From Eledone cirrhosa (Eukaryota), in the NCBI GenBank assembly GCA_964016885.1, contig OZ024748.1, positions 37,510,001 to 37,574,000 on the forward strand: a DNA stretch of 64,000 nt, given 5' to 3'. The notes below the pieces were generated by a model, which saw only the letters and a list, made by a program, of their open reading frames with translations, was not told the DNA's origin and made no database searches. Shown piece after piece: positions 1 to 12,900 of the stretch. The position numbers were made by a program, and so were the translations under genes. Position 1 is the stretch's first letter, and every line of letters starts with the position of its first letter.

Positions 1-3000
1 AACTACCTCTAGATCTAGTGTGACAATGTTAGTGTCAGTGTTAACTACCTCTAGATATAGTATGACAATGTCAGTGTCAGTGTTAACTACCTCTAGATCT
101 AGTATGACAATGTTAGTGTCAGTGTTAACTACCTCTAGATCTAGTGTGACAATGTCAGTGTCAGTGTTAACTACCACTAGATCTAGTGTGACAATGTCAG
201 TGTCAGGTTTAACTACCTCAAGATCCAGTGTGACAATGTTAGTGACAGTGTTAACTACCTCTAGATCTAGTATGACAATGTTAGTGTCAGTGTTAACTAC
301 CACTAGATCTAGTATGACAATGTTAGTGTCAGTGTTAACTACCTCTAGATCTAGTATGACAATGTTAGTGTCAGTGTTAACTACCTCTAGATCTAGTATG
401 ACAATGTCAGTGTCATTGTTAACTATCTCTAGATCTAGTGTGACAATATCAGTGTAAGGGTTAACTACCTCAAGATCTAGTGTGACAATGTTAGTGTCAG
501 TGTTAACAACCTCAAGATCTAGTATGACAATGTTAGTGTCAGTGTTAACTACCTCTAGATCTAGTATGACAATGTCAGTGTCAGGGTTAACTACCTCAAG
601 ATCTAGTATGACAATGTCAGTGTCAGTGTTAACTACCTCTAGATCTAGTGAGACGATGTTAGTGTCAGTGTTAACTACCCGTAGATCTAGTATGACAATG
701 TCAGTGTCAGGGTTAACTACCTCTAGATCTACTATGACAATGTTAGTGTCAGTGTTAACTACCACTAGATCTAGTGTGACAATGTTAGTGTCAGTGTTAA
801 CTACATCTAGATCTAGTGTGACAATGTTAGTGTCAGTGTTAACTACCACTAGATCTAGTATGACAATGTCAGTGTCAGTGTTATCTACCTCTTGATCTAG
901 TATGACAATGTTAGTGTCAGTGTTAACTACCTCTAGATCTAGTGTGACAATGTTAGTGTCAGTGTTAACTACCACTAGATCTAGTATGACAATGTCACTG
1001 TCAGTGTTAACTACCTCTAGATCTAATATGACAAAGTTAGTGTCAGTGTTAACTACCACTAGATCTAGTGTGACAATGTCAGTGTCAGTGTTAACTACCT
1101 CAAGATCTAGTATGACAATGTCAGTGTCAGTGTTACCTACCTCTACATCTAGTGTGACAATGTTAGTGTCAGTGTTAACTACCTCTAGATCTAGTGTGAC
1201 AATGTCAGTGTCAGTGTTATCTACCTCAAGATCTAGTGTGACAATGTTAGTGTCAGTGTTAACTACCTCTAGATCTAGTGTGACAATGTTAGTGTCAGTG
1301 TTAACTACCACTAGATCTAGTATGACAATGTCAGTGTCAGTGTTAACTACCTCTAGATCTAGTGTGACAATGTTAGTGTCAGTGTTAACTACCACTAGAT
1401 CTAGTATGACAATGTCAGTGTCAGTGTTAACTACCTCTAGATCTAGTATGACAATGTTAGTGTCAGTGTTAACTACCTCTAGATCTAGTGTGACAATGTC
1501 AGTGTCAGTGTTAACTACCTCAAGATCTAGTGTGACAATGTTAGTGTCAGTGTTAACTACCTCTAGATCTAGTGTGACAATGTTAGTGTCAGTGTTAACT
1601 ACCTCTAGATATAGTATGACAATGTCAGTGTCAGTGTTAACTACCTCTAGATATAGTATGACAATGTCAGTGTCAGTGTTAACTACCACAAGATCTAGTG
1701 TGACAATGTTAGTGTCAGTGTTAACTACCTCTAGATCTAGTATGACAATGTCAGTGTCAGTGTTAACTACCTCTAGATCTAGTATGACAATGTCAGTGTC
1801 AGTGTTAACTACCTCTAGATCTAGTATGACAATGTTAGTGTCAGTGTTAACTACCTCTAGATCTAGTGTGACAATGTTAGTGTCAGTGTTAACTACCTCT
1901 AGATATAGTATGACAATGTCAGTGTCAGTGTTAACTACCTCTAGATCTAGTATGACAATGTCAGTGTCAGTGTTAACTACCACAAGATCTAGTGTGACAA
2001 TGTTAGTGTCAGTGTTAACTACCTCTAGATATAGTATGACAATGTCAGTGTCAGTGTTAACTACCTCTAGATCTAGTATGACAATGTTAGTGTCAGTGTT
2101 AACTACCTCTAGATCTAGTGTGACAATGTCAGTGTCAGTGTTAACTACCACTAGATCTAGTATGACAATATCAGTGTAAGGGTTAACTACCTCAAGATCT
2201 AGTGTGACAATGTTAGTGTCAGTGTTAACAACCTCAAGATCTAGTATGACAATGTTAGTGTCAGTGTTAACTACCTCTAGATCTAGTATGACAATGTCAG
2301 TGTCAGGGTTAACTACCTCAAGATCTAGTATGACAATGTCAGTGTCAGTGTTAACTACCTCTAGATCTAGTGAGACGATGTTAGTGTCAGTGTTAACTAC
2401 CCGTAGATCTAGTATGACAATGTCAGTGTCAGGGTTAACTACCTCTAGATGTACTATGACAATGTTAGTGTCAGTGTTAACTACCACTAGATCTAGTGTG
2501 ACAATGTTAGTGTCAGTGTTAACTACATCTAGATCTAGTGTGACAATGTTAGTGTCAGTGTTTACTACCACTAGATCTAGTATGACAATGTCAGTGTCAG
2601 TGTTATCTACCTCTAGATCTAGTATGACAATGTTAGTGTCAGTGTTAACTACCACTAGATCTAGTGTGACAATGTCAGTGTCAGTGTTAACTACCTCAAG
2701 ATCTAGTGTGACAATGTTAGTGTCAGTGTTAACTACCTCTAGATCTAGTGTGACAATGTTAGTGTCAGTGTTAACTACCACTAGATCTAGTATGACAATA
2801 TCACTCTCAGTGTTAACTACCTCTAGATCTAGTATGACAATGTTAGTGTCAGTGTTAACTACCACTAGATCTAGTGTGACAATGTCAGTGTCAGTGTTAA
2901 CTACCTCAAGATCTAGTATGACAATGTCAGTGTCAGTGTTACCTACCTCTACATCTAGTGTGACAATGTTAGTGTCAGTGTTAACTACCTCTAGATCTAG

Positions 3001-6000
3001 TGTGACAATGTTAGTGTCAGTGTTAACTACCTCTAGATATAGTATGACAATGTCAGTGTCAGTGTTAACTACCTCTAGATCTAGTATGACAATGTTAGTG
3101 TCAGTGTTAACTACCTCAAGATCTAGTGTGACAATGTTAGTGTCAGTGTTAACTACCTCTAGATCTAGTATGACAATGTTAGTGTCAGTGTTAACTACCA
3201 CTAGATCTAGTATGACAATGTCAGTGTCAGTGTTAACTACCTCAAGATCTAGTGTGACAATGTTAGTGTCAGTGTTAACTACCTCTAGATCTAGTGTGAC
3301 AATGTTAGTGTCAGTGTTAACTACCACTAGATCTAGTATGACAATGTCAGTGTCAGTGTTAACTACCTCTAGATCTAGTGTGACAATGTTAGTGTCAGTG
3401 TTAACTACCACTAGATCTAGTATGACAATGTCAGTGTCAGTGTTAACTACCTCTAGATCTAGTATGGCAATGTTAGTGTCAGTGTTAACTACCTCTAGAT
3501 CTAGTGTGACAATGTCAGTGTCAGTGTTAACTACCTCAAGATCTAGTGTGACAATGTTAGTGTCAGTGTTAACTACCTCTAGATCTAGTGTGACAATGTT
3601 AGTGTCAGTGTTAACTACCTCTAGATATAGTATGACAATGTCAGTGTCAGTGTTAACTACCTCTAGATATAGTATGACAATCTCAGTGTCAGTGTTAACT
3701 ACCACAAGATCTAGTGTGACAATGTTAGTGTCAGTGTTAACTACCTCTAGATCTAGTATGACAATGTCAGTGTCAGTGTTAACTACCTCTAGATCTAGTA
3801 TGACAATGTCAGTGTCAGTGTTAACTACCTCTAGATCTAGTATGACAATGTTAGTGTCAGTGTTAACTACCTCTAGATCTAGTGTGACAATGTTAGTGTC
3901 AGTGTTAACTACCTCTAGATATAGTATGACAATGTCAGTGTCAGTGTTAACTACCTCTAGATCTAGTATGACAATGTCAGTGTCAGTGTTAACTACCACA
4001 AGATCTAGTGTGACAATGTTAGTGTCAGTGTTAACTACCTCTAGATATAGTATGACAATGTCAGTGTCAGTGTTAACTACCTCTAGATCTAGTATGACAA
4101 TGTCAGTGTCAGTGTTAACTACCTCAAGATCTAGTGTGACAATGTTAGTGTCAGTGTTAACTACCTCTAGATCTAGTATGACAATGTTAGTGTCAGTGTT
4201 AACTACCACTAGATCTAGTGTGACAATGTCAGTGTCAGTGTTAACTACCTCAAGATCTAGTGTGACAATGTTAGTGTCAGTGTTAACTACCTCTAGATCT
4301 AGTGTGACAATGTTAGTGTCAGTGTTAACTACCACTAGATCTAGTATGACAATGTTAGTGTCAGTGTTAACTACCTCTAGATCTAGTGTGACAATGTCAG
4401 TGTCAGTGTTAACTACCTCAAGATCTAGTGTGACAATGTTAGTGTCAGTGTTAACTACCTCTAGATCTAGTGTGACAATGTTAGTGTCAGTGTTAACTAC
4501 CTCTAGATATAGTATGACAATGTCAGTGTCAGTGTTAACTACCTCTAGATATAGTATGACAATGTCAGTGTCAGTGTTAACTACCACAAGATCTAGTGTG
4601 ACAATGTTAGTGTCAGTGTTAACTACCTCAAGATCTAGTGTGACAATGTTAGTGTCAGTGTTAACAACCTCAAGATCTAGTATGACAATGTTAGTGTCAG
4701 TGTTAACTACCTCTAGATCTAGTATGACAATGTCAGTGTCAGGGTTAACTACCTCAAGATCTAGTATGACAATGTCAGTGTCAGTGTTAACTACCTCTAG
4801 ATCTAGTGAGACGATGTTAGTGTCAGTGTTAACTACCTGTAGATCTAGTATGACAATGTCAGTGTCAGGGTTAACTACCTCTAGATCTACTATGACAATG
4901 TTAGTGTCAGTGTTAACTACCACTAGATCTAGTGTGACAATGTTAGTGTCAGTGTTAACTACCTCTAGATCTAGTGTGACAATGTTAGTGTCAGTGTTAA
5001 CTACCACTAGATCTAGTATGACAATGTCAGTGTCAGTGTTAACTACCTCTAGATCTAGTATGACAATGTTAGTGTCAGTGTTAACTACCACTAGATCTAG
5101 TGTGACAATGTCAGTGTCAGTGTTAACTACCTCAAGATCTAGTGTGACAATGTTAGTGTCAGTGTTAACTACCTCTAGATCTAGTGTGACAATGTTAGTG
5201 TCAGTGTTAACTACCACTAGCTCTAGTATGACAATGTCACTGTCAGTGTTAACTACCTCTAGATCTAGTATGACAATGTTAGTGTCAGTGTTAACTACCA
5301 CTAGATCTAGTGTGACAATGTCAGTGTCAGTGTTAACTACCTCAAGATCTAGTATGACAATGTCAGTGTCAGTGTTACCTACCTCTACATCTAGTGTGAC
5401 AATGTTAGTGTCAGTGTTAACTACCTCTAGATCTAGTGTGACAATGTCAGTGTCAGTGTTATCTACCTCAAGATCTAGTATGACAATGTCAGTGTCAGTG
5501 TTACCTACCTCTAGATCTAGTGTGACAATGTTAGTGTCAGTGTTAACTACCTCTAGATCTAGTGTGACAATGTTAGTGTCAGTGTTAACTACCTCTAGAT
5601 ATAGTATGACAATGTCAGTGTCAGTGTTAACTACCTCTAGATCTAGTATGACAATGTTAGTGTCAGTGTTAACTACCTCTAGATATAGTATGACAATGTC
5701 AGTGTCACTGTTAACTACCTCTAGATCTAGTATGACAATGTTCGTGTCAGTGTTAACTACCTCTAGATATAGTATGACAATGTCAGTGTCAGTGTTAACT
5801 ACCTCAAGATCTAGTGTGACAATGTTAGTGTCAGTGTTAACTACCTCTAGATCTAGTGTGACAATGTTAGTGTCAGTGTTAACTACCACTAGATCTAGTA
5901 TGACAATGTCAGTGTCAGTGTTAACTACCTCTAGATCTAGTGTGACAATGTTAGTGTCAGTGTTAACTACCACTAGATCTAGTATGACAATGTCAGTGTC

Positions 6001-6930
6001 AGTGTTAACTACCTCTAGATCTAGTATGACAATGTTAGTGTCAGTGTTAACTACCTCTAGATCTAGTGTGACAATGTCAGTGTCAGTGTTAACTACCTCA
6101 AGATCTAGTGTGACAATGTTAGTGTCAGTGTTAACTACCTCTAGATCTAGTGTGACAACGTTAGTGTCAGTGTTAACTACCTCTAGATATAGTATGACAA
6201 TGTCAGTGTCAGTGTTAACTACCTCTAGATATAGTATGACAATGTCAGTGTCAGTGTTAACTATCACAAGATCTAGTGTGACAATGTTAGTGTCAGTGTT
6301 AACTACCTCTAGATCTAGTATGACAATGTCAGTGTCAGTGTTAACTACCTCTAGATCTAGTATGACAATGTCAGTGTCAGTGTTAACTACCTCTAGATCT
6401 AGTATGACAATGTTAGTGTCAGTGTTAACTACCTCTAGATCTAGTGTGACAATGTTAGTGTCAGTGTTAACTACCTCTAGATATAGTATGACAATGTCAG
6501 TGTCAGTGTTAACTACCTCTAGATCTAGTATGACAATGTCAGTGTCAGTGTTAACTACCACAAGATCTAGTGTGACAATGTTAGTGTCAGTGTTAACTAC
6601 CTCTAGATATAGTATGACAATGTCAGTGTCAGTGTTAACTACCTCTAGATCTAGTATGACAATGTTAGTGTCAGTGTTAACTACCTCTAGATCTAGTGTG
6701 AAAATGTTAGTGTCAGTGTTAACTACCTCTAGATATAGTATGACAATGTCAGTGTCAGTGTTAACTACCTCTAGATCTAGTATGACAATGTCAGTGTCAG
6801 TGTTAACTACCTCTAGATCTAGTGTGACAATATTAGTGTCAGTGTTAACTACCTCTAGATCTAGTATGACAATGTTATTGTCAGTGTTAACTACCACTAG
6901 ATCTAGTATGACAATGTTAGTGTCAGTGTT

Positions 6931-9900
6931 AACTACCTCTAGATCTAGTATGACAATGTCAGTGTCAATGTTAACTACCTCAAGATCTAGTGTGACAATG
7001 TTAGTGTCAGTGTTAACTACCTGTAGATCTAGTATGACAATATCAGTGTCAGTGTTAACTACCTCTAGATCTAGTATGACAATTTTACTGTCAGTGTTAA
7101 CTACCTCTAGATCTAGTATGACAATGTCAGTGTCAGGTTTAACTACCACTAGATCTAGTATGACAATTTTTCTGTCAGTGTTAACTACCTCTCGATCTAG
7201 TATGATAATGTTAGTGTCAGTGTTATCTACCTCTAGATCTTGTATGACAATGTCAGTGTCAGTGTTAACTACCTCTAGATCTAGTGAGACGATGTTAGTG
7301 TCAGTGTTAACTACCTGTAGATCTAGAATGACAATGTCAGTGTTAGGGTTAACTACCACTAGATATAGTGTGACAATGTTAGTGTCAGTGTTAACTACCA
7401 CTAGATCTAGTATGACAATGTCAGTGTCAGTGTTAACTACCTCTAGATCTAGTGTGACAATGTTAGTGTCAGTGTTAACTACCACTAGATCTATTATGAC
7501 AATGTCAGTGTCAGTGTTAACTACCTCTAGATCTAGTGTGACAATGTCAGTGTCAGTGTTAACTACCTCAAGATCTAGTGTGACAATGTTAGTGTCAGTG
7601 TTAACTACCTCTAGATCTAGTGTGACAATGTTAGTGTCAGTGTTAACTACCTCTAGATCTAGTATGACAATGTTAGTGTCATTGTTAACTACCTCTAGAT
7701 CTAGTGTGACAATGTTAGTGTCAGTGTTAACTACCTCTAGATCTAGTATGACAATGTCAGTGTCAGTGTTAACTACCTCTAGATCTAGTATGACAATGTC
7801 AGTGTCAGTGTTAACTACCTCTAGATCTAGTATGACAATGTTAGTGTCAGTGTTAACTACCTCTAGATCTAGTGTGACAATGTTAATGTCAGTGTTAACT
7901 ACCTCTAGATCTAGTATGACAATGTTAGTGTCAATGTTAACTACCACTAGATCTAGTATGACAATGTTAGTGTCAGTGTTAACTACCTCTAGATCTAGTA
8001 TGGCAATGTTAGTGTCAGTGTTAACTACCTCTAGATCTAGTATGACAATGTTAGTGTCAGTGTTAACTACCTCTAGATCTAGTATGACAATGTCAGTGTC
8101 AGTGTTAACTACCACTAGATCTAGTGTGACAATGTCAGTGTCAGGTTTAACTACCTCAAGATCTAGTGTGACAATGTTAGTGTCAGTGTTAACTACCTCT
8201 AGATCTAGTATGACAATGTCAGTGTCAGTGTTAACTACCACTAGATCTAGTGTGACAATGTCAGTGTCAGGTTTAACTACCTCAAGATCTAGTGTGACAA
8301 TGTTAGTGTCAGTGTTAACTACCTCTAGATCTAGTATGACAATGTTAGTGTCAGTGTTAACTACCACTAGATCTAGTATGACAATGTTAGTGTCAGTGTT
8401 AACTACCTCTAGATCTAGTATGACAATGTCAGTGTCAGTGTTAACTACCACTAGATCTAGTGTGACAATGTCAGTGTCAGGTTTAACTACCTCAAGATCT
8501 AGTGTGACAATGTTAGTGTCAGTGTTAACTACCTCTAGATCTAGTATGACAATGTCAGTGTCAGTGTTAACTACCACTAGATCTAGTGTGACAATGTCAG
8601 TGTCAGGTTTAACTACCTCAAGATCTAGTATGACAATGTCAGTGTCAGTGGTAACTACCACAAGATCTAGTGTGACAATGTTAGTGTCAGTGTTAACTAC
8701 CTCTAGATCTAGTATGACAATGTCAGTGTCAGTGTTAACTACCTCTAGATCTAGTATGACAATGTCAGTGTCAGTGTTAACTACCTCTAGATCTAGTATG
8801 ACAATGTTAGTGTCAGTGTTAACTACCTCTAGATCTAGTGTGACAATGTTAGTGTCAGTGTTAACTACCTCTAGATATAGTATGACAATGTCAGTGTCAG
8901 TGTTAACTACCTCTAGATCTAGTATGACAATGTCAGTGTCAGTGTTAACTACCACAAGATCTAGTGTGACAATGTTAGTGTCAGTGTTAACTACCTCTAG
9001 ATATAGTATGACAATGTCAGTGTCAGTGTTAACTACCTCTAGATCTAGTATGACAATGTTAGTGTCAGTGTTAACTACCTCTAGATCTAGTGTGACAATG
9101 TCAGTGTCAGTGTTAACTACCACTAGATCTAGTGTGACAATGTCAGTGTCAGGTTTAACTACCTCAAGATCCAGTGTGACAATGTTAGTGACAGTGTTAA
9201 CTACCTCTAGATCTAGTATGACAATGTTAGTGTCAGTGTTAACTACCACTAGATCTAGTATGACAATGTTAGTGTCAGTGTTAACTACCTCTAGATCTAG
9301 TATGACAATGTTAGTGTCAGTGTTAACTACCTCTAGATCTAGTATGACAATGTCAGTGTCATTGTTAACTATCTCTAGATCTAGTGTGACAATATCAGTG
9401 TCAGGGTTAACTACCTCAAGATCTAGTGTGACAATGTTAGTGTCAGTGTTAACTACCTCTAGATCTAGTATGACAATGTCAGTGTCAATGTTAACTACCT
9501 CAAGATCTAGTGTGACAATGTTAGTGTCAGTGTTAACTACCTGTAGATCTAGTATGACAATATCAGTGTCAGTGTTAACTACCTCTAGATCTAGTATGAC
9601 AATTTTACTGTCAGTGTTAACTACCTCTAGATCTAGTATGACAATGTCAGTGTCAGGTTTAACTACCACTAGATCTAGTATGACAATTTTTCTGTCAGTG
9701 TTAACTACCTCTCGATCTAGTATGATAATGTTAGTGTCAGTGTTATCTACCTCTAGATCTTGTATGACAATGTCAGTGTCAGTGTTAACTACCTCTAGAT
9801 CTAGTGAGACGATGTTAGTGTCAGTGTTAACTACCTGTAGATCTAGAATGACAATGTCAGTGTTAGGGTTAACTACCACTAGATATAGTGTGACAATGTT

Positions 9901-12900
9901 AGTGTCAGTGTTAACTACCACTAGATCTAGTATGACAATGTCAGTGTCAGTGTTAACTACCTCTAGATCTAGTGTGACAATGTTAGTGTCAGTGTTAACT
10001 ACCACTAGATCTATTATGACAATGTCAGTGTCAGTGTTAACTACCTCTAGATCTAGTGTGACAATGTCAGTGTCAGTGTTAACTACCTCAAGATCTAGTG
10101 TGACAATGTTAGTGTCAGTGTTAACTACCTCTAGATCTAGTGTGACAATGTTAGTGTCAGTGTTAACTACCTCTAGATCTAGTATGACAATGTTAGTGTC
10201 ATTGTTAACTACCTCTAGATCTAGTGTGACAATGTTAGTGTCAGTGTTAACTACCTCTAGATCTAGTATGACAATGTCAGTGTCAGTGTTAACTACCTCT
10301 AGATCTAGTATGACAATGTCAGTGTCAGTGTTAACTACCTCTAGATCTAGTATGACAATGTTAGTGTCAGTGTTAACTACCTCTAGATCTAGTGTGACAA
10401 TGTTAATGTCAGTGTTAACTACCTCTAGATCTAGTATGACAATGTTAGTGTCAATGTTAACTACCACTAGATCTAGTATGACAATGTTAGTGTCAGTGTT
10501 AACTACCTCTAGATCTAGTATGGCAATGTTAGTGTCAGTGTTAACTACCTCTAGATCTAGTATGACAATGTTAGTGTCAGTGTTAACTACCTCTAGATCT
10601 AGTATGACAATGTCAGTGTCAGTGTTAACTACCACTAGATCTAGTGTGACAATGTCAGTGTCAGGTTTAACTACCTCAAGATCTAGTGTGACAATGTTAG
10701 TGTCAGTGTTAACTACCTCTAGATCTAGTATGACAATGTTAGTGTCAGTGTTAACTACCACTAGATCTAGTATGACAATGTTAGTGTCAGTGTTAACTAC
10801 CTCTAGATCTAGTATGACAATGTCAGTGTCAGTGTTAACTACCACTAGATCTAGTGTGACAATGTCAGTGTCAGGTTTAACTACCTCAAGATCTAGTGTG
10901 ACAATGTTAGTGTCAGTGTTAACTACCTCTAGATCTAGTATGACAATGTCAGTGTCAGTGTTAACTACCACTAGATCTAGTGTGACAATGTCAGTGTCAG
11001 GTTTAACTACCTCAAGATCTAGTATGACAATGTCAGTGTCAGTGTTAACTACCACAAGATCTAGTGTGACAATGTTAGTGTCAGTGTTAACTACCTCTAG
11101 ATCTAGTATGACAATGTCAGTGTCATTGTTAACTACCTCTAGATCTAGTATGACAATGTCAGTGTCAGTGTTAACTACCTCTAGATCTAGTATGACAATG
11201 TTAGTGTCAGTGTTAACTACCTCTAGATCTAGTGTGACAATGTTAGTGTCAGTGTTAACTACCTCTAGATATAGTATGACAATGTCAGTGTCAGTGTTAA
11301 CTACCTCTAGATCTAGTATGACAATGTCAGTGTCAGTGTTAACTACCACAAGATCTAGTGTGACAATGTTAGTGTCAGTGTTAACTACCTCTAGATATAG
11401 TATGACAATGTCAGTGTCAGTGTTAACTACCTCTAGATCTAGTATGACAATGTTAGTGTCAGTGTTAACTACCTCTAGATCTAGTGTGACAATGTCAGTG
11501 TCAGTGTTAACTACCACTAGATCTAGTGTGACAATGTCAGTGTCAGGTTTAACTACCTCAAGATCCAGTGTGACAATGTTAGTGACAGTGTTAACTACCT
11601 CTAGATCTAGTATGACAATGTTAGTGTCAGTGTTAACTACCACTAGATCTAGTATGACAATGTTAGTGTCAGTGTTAACTACCTCTAGATCTAGTATGAC
11701 AATGTTAGTGTCAGTGTTAACTACCTCTAGATCTAGTATGACAATGTCAGTGTCATTGTTAACTATCTCTAGATCTAGTGTGACAATATCAGTGTCAGGG
11801 TTAACTACCTCAAGATCTAGTGTGACAATGTTAGTGTCAGTGTTAACAACCTCAAGATCTAGTATGACAATGTTAGTGTCAGTGTTAACTACCTCTAGAT
11901 CTATTCTCACAATGTCAGTGTCAGTGTTAACTACCTCTCGATCTAGTATGACAATGTTAGTGTCAGTGTTATCTACCTCTAGATCTTGTATGACAATGTC
12001 AGTGTCAGTGTTAACTACCTCTAGATCTAGTGAGACGATGTTAGTGTCAGTGTTAACTACCTGTAGATCTAGAATGACAATGTCAGTGTTAGGGTTAACT
12101 ACCTCTAGATCTACTATGACAATGTTAGTGTCAGTGTTAACTACCACTAGATATAGTGTGACAATGTTAGTGTCAGTGTTAACTACCACTAGATCTAGTA
12201 TGACAATGTCAGTGTCAGTGTTAACTACCTCTAGATCTAGTGTGACAATGTTAGTGTCAGTGTTAACTACCACTAGATCTATTATGACAATGTCAGTGTC
12301 AGTGTTAACTACCTCTAGATCTAGTATGACAATGTTAGTGTCAGTGTTAACTACCTCTAGATCTAGTGTGACAATGTCAGTGTCAGTGTTAACTACCTCA
12401 AGATCTAGTGTGACAATGTTAGTGTCAGTGTTAACTACCTCTAGATCTAGTGTGACAATGTTAGTGTCAGTGTTAACTACCTCTAGATCTAGTATGACAA
12501 TGTTAGTGTCATTGTTAACTACCTCTAGATCTAGTGTGACAATGTTAGTGTCAGTGTTAACTACCTCTAGATCTAGTATGACAATGTCAGTGTCAGTGTT
12601 AACTACCTCTAGATCTAGTATGACAATGTCAGTGTCAGTGTTAACTACCTCTAGATCTAGTATGACAATGTTAGTGTCAGTGTTAACTACCTCTAGATCT
12701 AGTGTGACAATGTTAATGTCAGTGTTAACTACCTCTAGATCTAGTATGACAATGTTAGTGTCAATGTTAACTACCACTAGATCTAGTATGACAATGTTAG
12801 TGTCAGTGTTAACTACCTCTAGATCTAGTATGGCAATGTTAGTGTCAGTGTTAACTACCTCTAGATCTAGTATGACAATGTTAGTGTCAGTGTTAACTAC

